Shown here: in pieces, positions 28,897 through 43,272 of the stretch
Layout of the letters: the number at the start of each line of letters is the position of its first letter
Numbering within the stretch: the stretch's first letter is position 1
Assembly: GCA_951406725.2 (NCBI GenBank)
Contig: OX597815.1
Coordinates: 91,450,001 to 91,514,000, forward strand
DNA: 64,000 bases
Source of the DNA: Octopus vulgaris
Lineage: Eukaryota
Reading direction: 5' to 3'
The notes under the pieces: model-generated
Database searches by the model: none
The model's input: the letters and a program-made list of their open reading frames with translations, nothing else
Told to the model about the DNA's origin: nothing
Position numbers and translations under genes: made by a program

Positions 28897-28932
<36 letters not shown>

Positions 28933-28994
28933 CATATACAGGCAGACACAAGTATGCATGCACGCATATATTTCCATGCTTCTGTCTGTGCACA

Positions 28995-29027
<33 letters not shown>

Positions 29028-29035
29028 TTATAAAC

Positions 29036-29224
29036 ATGGCACGTAAAAAGCACCCACTACACTCACGGAGTGGTTGGCGTTAGGAAGGGCATCCAGCTGT
29101 AGAAACATTGCCAGATTAGACTGGAGCCTGGTGCAGCCTTCTGGCTTCCCAGAACCCCGGTCGAACCGTCCAACCCATGCTAGCATGGAGAACGGACGTT
29201 AAACGACGATGATGATGATGATGA
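29036..29224 (+). mobile_element. Family B element, CpG-rich (probably young)
   Basis: tggcacgtaaaaagcacccactacactc...ggcgttaggaagggcatccagctgtagaaac...aacggacgttaaacgacgatgatgatg; close match to 60475-60649. Confidence 0.9.
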
Positions 29225-29534
29225 TATTTATAAACATATATATCATTTAATAGAACATTTTCCTAGTTTACCTTTGCCCTTATTTTGTTTGTTATCGACC
29301 TGGCTGGGTAAAAACTCGATTAGTTCATTCTTAATTACAGCTTCTGTTTGTATGAATTTTTTTTAATCTGTTGCCCCTCCCCTTCTTTTTGAGGGGGCGG
29401 TAGAGGCTTACTTATAAATAAATAAAATATCACGAGGAAAAGAAAGAAAGAAAGCTATAAGAATTGAAGGAAAGAAGAAACTAATATCTCTGTAGTGAAC
29501 AAATTGGCAGAAATAATTCATTTATATTATTTTC

Positions 29535-29602
<68 letters not shown>

Positions 29603-31029
29603 GGATCTCTACATCTCGGTATTTCTTTGAAATGTGGGAGTATTTAAATTTAACTATTTCATTTGTGATTGAATGCTCACATCTGCAGTAACACACTTTT
29701 TAATAGCATATCCCACTCTCTCCTGTTTATTTACCTAAATAATCAGAAATGCACAATTACCTCACTCAGAGGATACTAGGATGATACTCAACCGCCTGTG
29801 GCTTCTCCACAGGCCGACTTCTAGCCGTGGGCACACTTCCTTGTTTGTCAGTGTATGTATTTCACAATGCACAAGTTTGCATTTGACAGCATCTGTCTGT
29901 AGCTATCTTCTGATTATGAGCACACACACACAGTCACATGTGCTCACACAGAGCTGTATTATTTTAGGATATATGCCACAGGTAACGATCAAGTAAATAT
30001 GTACATGTCAGTCAATTGAACTAGATATTACCTACCTCTTCCTCTACTCACCACCGCCCTCATAGTCTGACGCTGAGCAAAGTGGATAACCACAGTCACA
30101 CTTGTGGATGGGCATACAGCATGCACACTCACACACACACACACGCACACACATTATCATTATCAGTATCTCAACTGATATATTTCACCATCATCGTTGT
30201 CAATAACCTGCAAACAACACCATCAATTCCACCATTAAGTTATCTACCTCATCCACCATAACCAACATCATCATTATCATCGCCATCATCATTATTCTCA
30301 TCATACACTTGCTTACATATAAAGAATATGCATTCAGAGTTTCAATAAAGAATGTGTCACATACAGCAATCTATATTTGATAGTGTCTTAAAGTTGTGTG
30401 CCTACATTGCTGCAAACAGTTTTATAAACAGTCCTGTGGTAGTCTGTGAGGAGGATGTTGGTTGAAAGCTGTCAACTTATTGAATGTTTGATGAAGCTGA
30501 GGTAAGCCAAGGTTGGCTTCCACTAATGGTAAGATGTTTGTATGAAAAGGATATGATTTGAAAGAATCATATGGGACAAAGTAGGAAGAATAGAGTGTAG
30601 TTGTAGTGTGAGTTGCTGAGTAGAGAAGGCTGAAGTGGTTGGCTTAAGATGTTTGCAAATGTAAAGATATTTTAGTAAAGCTAGTATTGTAAGAACTGAC
30701 AACATATTCAGATTGTACATACATACAAACATGCATGCATGCACACACATGTGCATGCATATGTGCACACAACACACACATACACACACACAGAGGATTG
30801 TTCTAACAGTCATACCAAAGGTACACCAGGGCCACAATTTATATATATAAAGCTGAAGTTGTGTGTGTGTTTGTGTGGCAGGTTTGGTAGCCTTCAACTA
30901 ACACTGTCTCCTCCGAGACCCTGTGGTGCAAGTTGACCAAAATTGAGAATATGATAGAAGAAGGCTTGCTCTTCATTCCATAGAAGAAAAAAATTCAAAT
31001 CAGACCATGTTAAGACCAAAACTTATTTA

Positions 31030-31244
31030 TATCAAATAGGTGCTTTTTTTTTTTCTATGAAAATCCCTATTTTTTACGATTTTTTGACTGCTGTGTTGCC
31101 ATTTTTCGGTGTATTTCAACCAGAAAAATGTTCACTTAAAGAGAATAACAAGCTACATAATGCAAAATTTTTACTTTTCAACAATTCCAATTCTAAAGGG
31201 TCGAAAAAAAAACAAACCTGAGCAACGCCGGGCTATACTGCTAA
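31030..31244 (+). mobile_element. Helitron-like non-autonomous element, 3' end
   Basis: GC-rich subterminal hairpin cctgagcaacgccggg followed about 8 nt later by CTAA|T (CTRR terminus before T). The 5' boundary is uncertain. Confidence 0.5.
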
Positions 31245-31814
31245 TGTATTGATATCTTTAAAAGTAAGAAATACAGCTCGAAACAACCCAATTCAAACAG
31301 AATATTCCTGATTTTGTTCTATAGGACAGGAAATGAAAATTATGCACTGCCATGCAGGTCAGCTAGCCAGCAGATATAACCAAAATGTTTCATCTAATAT
31401 AGAGGGAACAGAATATTTAAGCTAAACTAAGAAACTTAGATCTTTTATAGTTAGGTTATAGATTTTTGTATAATTTCCATTTCCTAAATTTCAGTGTATT
31501 GGTGAAGCTGAGGTTACATTAGAAGACACTAGGCCAAGGTGCCATGCCATGGGATTGAACTCAAAACCATGTGATTGCAAAGCAAACCTTTCAGTTATAC
31601 AGCCATTTTTGCATAATAAAATGTGCAATGATGATGATGACCATCATAATTGTAATGTCTACTTTTCCATATTTGTTTGGGTCAGACAAGACTTTGCTGG
31701 TGCGAAATATGCTCTACAGCCAAATGTCCTTCCTGACACCAACCTATGTATGTATGTATGTATGCATGTATGTATGTATGTATGCATGCATGCACGTATG
31801 TACGTACATACATA

Positions 31815-31993
31815 TGAGGAGGTGCCAAAAATTCCCGGCTTTAAGGGTATCATGAAAAGCCTGGCTTAGAAAAACTGAAGGACCACTGCAATAAGTGTGT
31901 GACTAAAAGGGGAATATGTTGAATAAAACCATAATTAACTGGTCCTGTATTTCTTTTTTACCCAAAGTCAGGAATGTTTCAGCCACCCCTTGT
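31815..31993 (+). mobile_element. mariner-derived MITE, second copy
   Basis: TIR-like gaggaggtgccaaaaattcc ... ggaatgtttcagccacccct. The interior reads GLEKLKDHCNKCV..(frameshift)GEYVE*, a mariner C-terminus. Confidence 0.75.
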
Positions 31994-32101
31994 ACTTATA
32001 TACGTGCATGTGTATGTACACACACATATATGTATTCACATATGTATGCTGCCAAGTGTTTATATATATATACTGAGCACTCATTCTCTTTGTTCAAGAT
32101 T

Positions 32102-32135
<34 letters not shown>

Positions 32136-33124
32136 CACACACACACAAACGCACACATAGCCTGGTGCAGCCTCTGGTTCACCAGTTCTCAGTCAAACTG
32201 TCCAACCCATGCCAGCATGGAAAGCGGACATAAAATGATGATTATGATGATGATACATACATGTCAGTTATTAAGATAGTGCTGTTTTGGCTATTGAGTT
32301 GTTTTGACTCTTATTTCTAACAATACTGATGCTGATCAATGCCTTTGTCACTTTTGTGTCATATATTTCTGCATATATATAATGTGTGTGTATATATATA
32401 ACCTGTTGAGTGAAATAACTAATATCAGAGGTGGAGGGCGGTAACTAGGAGTTATTCAAAATTGCCCTTAAGCAGGCTGGGTGTGTGACATAGAACTTAA
32501 TGACAAAAATGCCAGAAAAATGAAAAGCAGTGAATAATGTTATAGTCTCTCTCTTTCTACTTGCCTAGAGAAATAAAATGCAGATGAGTTTTTTTTTAAT
32601 CTTAAACAACAACAAAAAAAATGGGAAATGGAAATTTTAATAACTAAGATAACTATGTAAAAGTTGTAGTTGACTAAATTTTCACCTGATGATTCACAGT
32701 AACATCAAGAAAATTCTGCTAGTCTTTCTTTTATTTAGTGAATATGATAGACTTTGCACAATTTATATATTTTAAGATGAATAATAATGTATGAAATTTA
32801 ATGCAAAACATTACAAATAAAATAGGCATGTATGCATTATTCTGAAGAGTAAGTAAGAAAAGATAAGATAAAATATGTTACTAGCTTTCAGGTTCCAAAA
32901 GTTGGAGTTATATTTGAGTTCATCAGGATTATTCTTTTGTATCTTATATACTGTAAGTCAATCTACATTGTCTAGTATATATATATATATGTATATATTC
33001 TTCCTTTTTAAAGATGGAAGGATGTGATTTGTAAGGAGATTTGGCTACTGTTTGTAGCAGGTTCACTGTCTTTGCAGTAATTGTTACATTGGCTTGTCTG
33101 TTTTGTTATTCCTATTTTCTTTTT

Positions 33125-33825
33125 TACCTTTGACATGTTTCAGTCATTGGATTGTGGCCATGCTAGGGCACCACTTTGAAGGGTTTAGTTAAAGAAATTG
33201 ACTCCAGTACTTTTCAATTGGTACTTATTCTCTCAGTATCTTGTAATGAACTGCTAAGTTATTTGGACATAAACAAACCAACACTAGTTGTCAAGCAATG
33301 GTAGGGAGGGAACAAACACAAAAACACACTCACACATACGCATGCACACACACACATATGCATATATAAATATTATATGTAACCTAAACAATAGTTATAC
33401 AAATTTGGCAAATTTAACTATTTCTCCATAGATTCAAAAAAATTATGAACAGCCTTAACCGGTTTTAGAACCTTGTTGGGTTCTCATCAGAGCAGTCTAC
33501 ATCACTTAAACAATCCCAGAGAAACAAGTAGCCAATCTGTTTATATACACAACAAACCCAGTTGCTTCAGAAAACTAGAGCAACTAACTTGCATACTATA
33601 AGTGTTTAATATTTTATTTAATATCAAGGGAGCCTGTCAACAGGGATCTCAGTCCTCACAGTATCAAGGTATGATATAATGTGTTATCTATACAGTAGAT
33701 ATACAAACAGGACAAATCTAACTATTTCTGCATAAATTGGGAAAAAATTGATAAACAGCCTCAATCAATTTTTGAACTTTATATGTATACACATAACAGG
33801 CTTCCACACAGTTTCCATCTATCAG
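33125..33825 (-). mobile_element. SINE family A interrupted in its internal microsatellite
   Basis: 3' half at 33125-33330 and a head remnant (aggcttccacacagtttccatcta) at about 33798-33821, with about 400 bp of unrelated sequence between. Confidence 0.65.
33378..33780 (-). mobile_element. HHR-bearing unit with partial direct repeats (pLTR/retrozyme-like)
   Basis: Minus strand 33447-33497: CTGATGA-GAACC-CAACAA-GGTTC-TAAA-ACCGGT-TA (G12 replaced by T). A roughly 60-bp imperfect direct repeat occurs at about 33410-33472 and 33713-33778. Confidence 0.65.
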
Positions 33826-36523
33826 AGAGAGATAAATGTTTCTTCAGGTATGGTATTAATAGTTTATTGTGAAGCTCAGATAGATTAACAATGACTGACC
33901 TTACTCTTCAGGAAATACTACATCAACAACTACCCCTTTACAAACTCGGCTGGAACCGACTAAGATGTTCTGCACCTTCAACTGAGTGTTGTTACCTCTA
34001 CACACATAGATATCCAAAGAAAGGTTATTCAATTCATTGACTTGAAATTACTTACCAACTCATACAAACCTTTTATAACTATGCTGTCTCCTCTTCTGCT
34101 TTTTCTGCAATAATACTACAGTGACCTTTACTCCTTAAAAATGGTTAGTCTCATGTCACTTTTACTCAGGAACTCCTGACCACCTCTTATCATTCATATT
34201 GAATCCACCTCTCTTAGGCCCCACACTAACCATTCCACACAGTCATCCCTCTATAATTACCTCCCTATACATGTTTTCCCTGCAACTGTTCAAGAAAAAT
34301 TATTTATCATGTTTTATTCATCAGCTTATGAAGGCCATGAGTAGAGTTTGCACTGGTATCTATTTTTCACATTCTGGTAAACTAAGTCACCTTCAGAGAA
34401 GTTTCCTGTTCCAAGATATAGCAACATTCCTGTAAAGGAATAGAACTTGCAATACCTTAGCATATAATCCAATAATACCTTAGCCAATCAGCCATTTCAC
34501 TTCTGCTTTTTATACTACACATACTTTGTATTTATAAGGTTTGAACTTTCTTTCTCTATAGATCCTACCTAGATTTAATAGCATTGTCGACTGTGTTACT
34601 TTGTCGGTAAAATTACATTACCATTGCTGTTGTTTTAACAGCAACATCACTAAAAGACTTATAAGATATATTTTTGGAAACCCCCAGGTGTAAAATCATG
34701 TTTCAGAAGTGAAATCAAACCCACTGAATTGTGCAAAAAATTATCGTAGTGTTCAGTGTTGTTAACATTATCATTTCTTATTTGGTCATTTATCTTACTT
34801 TACACATAGATGAGTCTGACAGATACTACCAGAATTCCTGTAAATGTTACAACTATCACATCTTTTAGGAACACTAAATCTAATTCAGGAGGGTCTTATA
34901 AATGTTTGCTCTTCTATCTATATGTGTCTTATTTCTAGTACTAAAGAACAAATTCAGCCTTATTTAGAAATTTTCCCCACTAACATAAAGAGTCCAAGAA
35001 AATTACAATGACATTTTGAAACAAGTCATGTAGACCTAAAAAAAATCTTATAGTAACTTTAGTTTTTCTCTCTTTCTTTCTGCCTTTCTTTTGTCATCTC
35101 TTTTGTTCACCCACCTCAAATACAATGTAATCCTCACTCCAGAAATTCTAATTGAATTTCATAGAATCTCTTCATGTGCTTGTCTTTTATTCTGATGAGA
35201 TTACTTTAAAAAAAAGTCATATTCTGTTCTGTTCTGCAAAAGAACACACACACCAAGAAAAAAAAAACTTCTCTGTCTTGGTTGTAGAAAATATAATTAT
35301 TTTTCTCAATAGTTCCTTTACCAACTTAGGATCTGAAGACAAACTGGTATGAATAATTTAATGAGAAAGCTAAGGAATGAATTTATTTTATTTCTATTTT
35401 TATTATATTATTTACTTATTCCATTATTTTTTGTTACTAAGACCTAGCTCATCGATATTTTCAATAGGTACTGTTCTTTCTCTGCAGATTGGATTTCAAA
35501 TCGTATTTCAAAATCTGAATAATATAAGGGAATTATTTTTGTTGCCAGTTATTATTTGCATCAGTTTCTCTCATTCTTTTCCTTTAACAAATGTTAGATT
35601 CAAAAGGTACATACATAAATACACACACACACATACATATATTATGGCTTCTAATATAATAACTAATTCCTGTTCAATGTGTCTGCTGGTGTCACAAACT
35701 AACTTTGACAACTCTTTCATAATTGAAAAGACATGTAAGTGAAAACAGATAATCTCTTTACAGTTGTTTCAACATGGAATCCATGTAATTCATGTTTTCA
35801 TTCTTATTCAACCATTTCTTATGCTTAAAAAAATGGTACTAGCAAATCTTTATCAAAGGAAATGTTCTCAAACCACTTCAATTGTAACTCAAGATCAGTT
35901 ATGATGATTAGAATAAACACACTTGGGCAACAATTGCTTTCTTTTATACACACACACACACACACTCATATGTATATAATGCATTTCATCTTCAAGGCTT
36001 CAATGAAGCTAAAAGGCATTACTCAGGTACTCAACTATAAATCCACTGAATCTTATAGCAGAAACAGTTGTAAGCTAATGGAGTACATAGGTTAATCATT
36101 TATTCCGTTGTCATCTCATTTTCTTATATATGTGTGTGTGTGTGCATGTGCGCGCACGCATGCACACACATACTTCATCATACATCATTTTTTTAATGTC
36201 CACTTTTCCATGCTTGCTTGGGTGAGGTAGAAATTATTGACACAAATTTTCTCATAGCCCGACAGTTTTCAAAAGCCTTTTTTTTGCACTGTCTGTCCAA
36301 AGTGGTGAGGTTTACATTCCTTGTTGACATGGATCTCATAAAAAGTAACTTACTTGAAAACAGATAATGGTTGCAAATGGGAAGGGTTGCCAACCATAAA
36401 GTGTTCTCTCTCTCGCTCTCTTTCCCTCCTTCCTCCTCTCTCTCTCATGCTCTCTCCCTTCTCTCTTACTCTCTCCCTATATATACATACATATAAAGGT
36501 ATATATATATTATATTATTATTG

Positions 36524-37275
36524 TCATCAACATTTAATGCCTGTTTTCCATGCTGGCATGGGTTGGATGACTTGACAGGAACTAGCAAGGCCAGAAGCCA
36601 CACCAGATTCCATAATCTGTTTTAGTTTGGTTTCTATGGTTCTATGGCTGGATGTCCTTCCTAATGCCAACCACTTTACAGAGTGTACTGGGTACTTTTT
36701 ATGTTGCACCAGCACTTTCTACATGATACCAATACCCACACCAATGCTTTTTTACATGGCACCTTGGTTTTAGGATTTCAATTGTGTTATGTTGGGCAGG
36801 TCTTCTTAAGTATAGCAATGCACCACATATCTCATTTACATACATATACAACTATTCTATAATTATAAACGTAATTATAATCAGGGGTCAGCTAATAGCT
36901 TCGCCATGCACCGAATTTACAAATAGGAGTTAAAATGCCTTTTCTGCTACCATAAAATATTTCTCAGATCTGTAGAAACTCTGCCAGATTAGAGCCTGGT
37001 GCAGCCTTCTGGCTCGCCAACCCTCAGTCAAACCATCCAACCCATGCCAGCATGGAAGTAGACATTGAACGACAATGCTGATGATGATGATGATATATAT
37101 ACACACACATACATACATATATGAGTGGCTGGTGTTAGGAAGGGCATCTAGCTGTAAAAAAAAAATCCTGCCAAAACAGTTACTGAAGTCTTATGCAGGC
37201 TTCGGCCTGGCTGGCTCTTGTGAAACCATCACACCCATGCTGGCATAGAAGGTGGATGTTAAATGATGATGATAT
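36524..37275. mobile_element. Cluster of three family B elements (36524-36770 minus; 36970-37092 plus; 37122-37272 plus)
   Basis: Each has the ccaacccatgc(c/t)agcatggaa...gttaaatgatgat tail or its reverse complement. Confidence 0.8.
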
Positions 37276-39232
37276 GTATATATATATATTGATTTATGTA
37301 AAGTGGAATGGAAGTGCTCTGTGCATATTGTAGAGGATATGGGGTTTTTTTTTATTGAAATTGAAACTTTGTCTTACAACTTGAGTTTAATGCTATTGTG
37401 ATCCTCAGGCAAGACCTGATACAACTTGATCTTGATGGTATACTTACACTCCTTGGTCAAGTGATTGTATTTGTTCATTGGTTGGCTTTTCATGTTTATT
37501 GATTGGGTAGTGTTTTTTTAGACTCTTCATTAGTTGTTTTTGTTATATTTGTGTTGTCGTGTTTGTATTTCTTGCAATTGTAGGTAAGAGAATGTGTTAG
37601 ATATAGATATGTCCAATATGTCCTTAATTAGTTTTTCAAACAACCCATTCATAAACATTTAGAGTGGCATGTTGTTTAGCCCTGAGCCAGCTATGATCAA
37701 ACAGACTGATGTTAAAGGGCATTTCAGCCATACAAGTATGTAGGACCATATTACCAATGATTCTGTCCTTTTCTATTTTAATAACAATATGGTGTAATTT
37801 GAGAGAAATTTAACTCCTATTTCTAGCAGGTAGCAGGACCATTTATGTATTGATTTCCTTATTTGTTTGAGGTAGTGCAATGTTGTGTGGTAGCTGCTGG
37901 AAAACCTTCCAATAGTGTAGTTGTTCATACATATGATAGTTTATACTCACTGCTGTTTCTAGTATTTCATTAACTTCATGTGGATTTACTACTTGCTTCT
38001 GGTGACGTATATAGGAGTGGAAGTAAAGTGAGAAAGTGGATGGCATTCAACTACCATCACATTTGTATTACATTCAATTTTCTTGTGTATTTGGGCAGCA
38101 CTTCTTAGTTTGGTTAAGGGCTGGAACCAGATCCTTTTGGAATGTACTGACATATACTGATGTCATCCAAGATCATCCACTTAATAGAACTTAATACCAT
38201 CTTTCAATGCCCCATAATGTTTCGAAAATATATTTACATTTTTGCCATATGGATGTAAGAATATTACCAAAATAAATTTGCAAGAGAGAGAGAGAGAATA
38301 GCATCCTGCCTCTTCTATTCAAATTTGTTAAATCACTTACAGCACAACTCAGCATCCGAATCTTAAAGATGCTGAGTTGGCAATCTTTCCAATTAACTCT
38401 CTCTAAGCTCCTCCTCCTCTCACTACACTACATCTCACTCTCTCTTCTTTCTCACTTTTATAAATTCTTCACTCCTCCCTTCATGATGAATTTCTCCCAT
38501 TGGACCCAGACTGTCTCCTCCATTCCATAACTGCCCTATATCACCTCACACCTTACTCCTAAATCCAACACCTTACAGTTAACTATACACATCACTTCTG
38601 CCCAAACACATCACACCATAATCACCTTCCACTCCCCCATCCCCCTCTCACATATTCCAATTATTCCCCAAGTAATGCCAGTTTTTGTTTGCTTGCTTTT
38701 TTTTTGTTGCTTTTCATATTTCCCTATTAAAATATATTTCCATTTTCATGTGTTTATCATTGTTTACACTCTTTGCTTTATTTTTATTTGTTGCTTTCTA
38801 GTTATTCACATTCATCACCACCATTACCACCACTTTCGTTTGAAAGTCTTTTCTTACTTGCTTTCTTCTTAGTTCTTCCTCTGTCTACTCTCTCTCTCCC
38901 CCTTCTCTCTCCCTCTCTCTTCTATCTAAAGTTAATTAAATCATGAAAATATATTTCGTTCTTTTGTTGTTAATGCTGCTGCTGCTGTTCTTGTTGTTGT
39001 TGTTGTTGCTGTTGTTTTTGTTGAGTTGCTTTTGTCACCATTGTTGGTGGTGTTATCTCAAACCATTTTTCACAGCTATCTGTAAATTGCGAATGCGAGT
39101 CCTTACTGCAAAAATCGCAATATATTAAACTATTATGCTGTTAGGGAACAATTGTAAAACCATATTCCTATTGTTTTCTCAACTGCAATTCCATGCAATT
39201 TAAACACAAAAACAAAAAACAAAACAGAAATA

Positions 39233-39267
<35 letters not shown>

Positions 39268-39770
39268 AATAATACCAGTTGAATTTTCTTTTCTTTGCAC
39301 TCCAGCATTTTATTTTGTGTATTTATCATTGTTGTCAGTCTGGAAGTAGGAGTTATTTTTCTAATGTAACTGAAATGTAACTCTTTTCTGTTTTTTTCCT
39401 AGCAGAGATGTTAGAAAATGAAATCATTGAGTGGATAAGGAGTTGAAGTACTAGCTACTCCTTCCTCTTGAGTTCAAATCCACTGGATGCGTTTTCTACT
39501 TCTGTGTTTATTTTTCCCATCTGAGCTTTTAATTTATCTTGGGGAGGGGTAATGGAGGTTGATAAAGCTGTTCACCCATAGATGCATATCAGTGCCTAGA
39601 CAAAGTCAAGCAGATTATATATTACTTTGTATTGCAAACACTTCATTGTAAAATATAATGCAGTAATTGATATCTCGCAGTCTGATAAAAAGAATGAAAA
39701 TCAGCAGCATCTGCACTTTATGGTCTGCTTTTTGCAAGCTGACAGGGGTTTTTGTTTTTTGTTGTTGTTT

Positions 39771-39852
39771 TTTCTACTGAGCCAGTATTATATGGTAGGA
39801 TGCCTTTCCTGTTTCTACTGAGCCAGTATTATATGGTAGGATGCCTTTCCTG
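39771..39852. repeat. Perfect 41-bp tandem duplication
   Basis: tttctactgagccagtattatatggtaggatgcctttcctg x2. Confidence 0.95.
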
Positions 39853-42816
39853 TTGCCAACATGGTGCATTTATGCTAAAATGGGGATACACACTGTAAAG
39901 GTTAATAAAAAAAATCTGCCTCTCTCTCTCTCTCTCCCAATATATATATATACATACACACACACATATATCTGTTGTCTATATGTCTGTGTCACGAATC
40001 TCTAATATAGGCAGAAATATCTTAACATACTGCATTAATCTCTAGTTCTATTATTATGCTCCAATGACCAAACTGATATCAATGTATAATCCATCTTAAT
40101 TTTCATCTCCAATGTTCCATCCCAATGTACAGTAATGTCCAATCCACTCTTATGTCCTGACAGAAACCATTCACTGCAATGTCCAGTCACCACCCATTTC
40201 TATAACCAGTCCTCATCAAAATTTAGTCCATGTGATTGTCCGTCTCTATCAACCCCAATGTTCAGCCATTTCTCTTGTTTATAGTCTAGCACCAATCTCT
40301 CTTTATTATATGGCTATTCCCAATCTCAATATGATGGTTGCTCACTCATTTCAATTTCTTGCCAACCTCATTGTCCATTCCTCATGCTCAAACCACTCTA
40401 ATGTCCATACACTTGAGCATTCAGTTCACCCACATGCACATCCTTAAATCACTTCATTGACCAAGCCACTCCCACCATCCAATCCACCCGGATATCCATT
40501 CTAAACTACAGTAATGTCTTCCCCTTCTCAATACCCAGCCCACCCCAGATATCTACCCAGCTCTGATAGAATCATTCAATTAAATGCAGGCAGCAAACTG
40601 AGTGAAATCTCAATTGGCAAAACTACAGCAGAGGAATCATGCTTTATTGTCTAGGCTATTATATAGCATTGTTGTTGTTTTTGTTTTTGTTGTGTGGTGG
40701 GAAAGAGAGAGAGAGTTTGTGGGTGTCAGTATGTTTAAGTCTGGGGGTTTCTTTGTGTATGTTTGTTCTTATATGTGCTCAAAGGTGTGTGTGTTTATTG
40801 GTGTGAGTTTATAGGGGTGTGTATTTGTAGGTATGTGTATATGTTGTTTTCTCATCTATGAATTTGAATCTTAGAAGATTTGTGTTCAGCTATGCGTGTG
40901 TGTGTGAGAGACAGTATGTGTTGGTATGTTTCGATTTGAGTGTATGTATGTACTAGCATTATTAGCAAGTGTTTGTGTACAATTATTTTTATATGTATGT
41001 GATTGTCTATGGTTAATGGTCAATGTACATATATATCTATGTGTGTGCGTGTGTGTTTGTGAAAGTGTGTATGAGTGTATGTCTATGTGTGCATGTGATT
41101 TTGATAGATGAATAGATAATTTTTCAATTTCGTTTTATATTAATCAAGTCAGCACAATTTGCAGGTTGTACTGAAGATTATCGGAAACCAAGAATAAATA
41201 AATAAATACTATCTTCACTTCTCGTCTATAACACCATTGATTTTTATAGACTCTGGCAGTTCTCTTGAAGAAATATCAACGTTAAGATCTACCGCTGCTT
41301 CGTAAATAACTGAAAAATCTTAAAACCTTCATCAAAAAGAAAACCACCATACTAGGTCATGAGATCTAATGCTGCTTTTTCTGCTAGGATGTTTACACCT
41401 TCACTAAAACAATCTCGTCCAAATCATCAGTGTCTACTTAGTAGCTGATGAAGGGTTAACAATTTAGCTTCTATCACTGATAATATATATCATTGTTGGT
41501 GCACTTCTCTCGTGTAGGGGTGCTTAAATTCTCTCCACTCAATGAAACAATCAGTCTCGTTGTAAAAAAGTTATTAGGGTGGGTATTAGGTACCAATAGT
41601 GTATCATTAGTATTTGTGGGTAAATACTTATAATATTTAGCTTTAAATATTTGTAGAAATTGGAATCCTTTACAAAATTCTAACAAACTCCTCACATATG
41701 AAAATATATATATATGGGGTTGGTGACAACAACAAAAGAACAAAATACACACTACATGTTATCCTTAGTTATCTTATTAGATATCCTCATAGTTTTGACA
41801 CCAAAATGTAAGACCAGTTCATCTAAAAGTGAAACAAAGAATTTAGATGACTATATGCTTCTTTTTTGGTGATATCAGCAAATACATGTAGTTTATGTTA
41901 AGGCATGTCAACAAAGATATGCTTTCCTTCTTAGCAATCTTAACAAACATCTTTAGTTCAATGTTAGAAGACCAGTGAAAAATGTATGCTTTTGTTTTTC
42001 TCACCAGTATTTCCATCACCAATTTCTATAAAGCCTATCATGTAGACTATATAATATGACAGATACAACTCTCATTCTCAGACTTCTGTCATAAGATCCC
42101 TTCTGACACAACAGAAGAAACCTTTATGCACACTACTCTTAGATAGCTGCTCTCAGCCCCTCAGTTATTAAATTCCTCTCTCCCTACCTCAACACATGTT
42201 ACAACTTCCTCTTAATTTCTTCAGAACTTCTCAATATGCATTTCAATGGTGACAAATTCAGTTCAAGCTGCCTACAATACTTTTTCAGGTCCTACCCACA
42301 CAGCTGTATACCAAACCACCTCAGATCACCATCATTTCATCTTTTCATTTAGTAACTAAGACTCTCCTCTAGCCTACATTAATAGAACATACAGATAAAA
42401 AGCCCTGAAGGGTTAGATGTAGGTCATCCCTCATCAACAGGGCTACCTATTTAGGATGACTGCAAATCTGTCAAGGAACTGACATAGGTTAGAGAGAAAA
42501 CCATTCTGATGTTGGTGCCACTAAAAAAATTCATCTAGTACAGTCTGTAAAGTGGTTAGCAAAAGGAAGGGCATCCAGCCATTAAAAAATTATACCAAAA
42601 TGGACTGCATAAACAAGATGTGGACATCACAAGCTACATTTCAAGTAATTCATCTAGACACCTACCCGAGATGTCACATTGTAAGACTGAAGCCAAAGCC
42701 ATATCATAGTAAAATGACTTTTACATGGAAAAGGTTGACACTGATTTCAAAGTTTCAGCTTGCTTGCCTTCATCAGACAATCTGGTGAAGGTGAGCAAAT
42801 GACAAAAAAATAAACA

Positions 42817-42860
<44 letters not shown>

Positions 42861-42886
42861 TGTGTGTGTGTGTATTTGCATTTGTT

Positions 42887-42918
<32 letters not shown>

Positions 42919-43232
42919 GATAGTGGTACATACACTCATATACACGCAAGCATGGAAAGCAGACATATAATGATGATAATGGTGTGTGAGTGTGTGTGTG
43001 GATATATAGATAGTCAGAGACAAACAGACAGGCAGAGACAGATTAACAGTATCATATTAACTGGAAACATTGAGTATGTATCAATAATTTCCTACATTAG
43101 AACATATTATGTACCACCATCAGGAGTATATGTGTGTGTAAACATATATATATATGTATGTATGTGTGTGTATGTATGTCTACCTACAAATAATTATATA
43201 CATACATATTTACACACACACACACACATACA

Positions 43233-43272
<40 letters not shown>

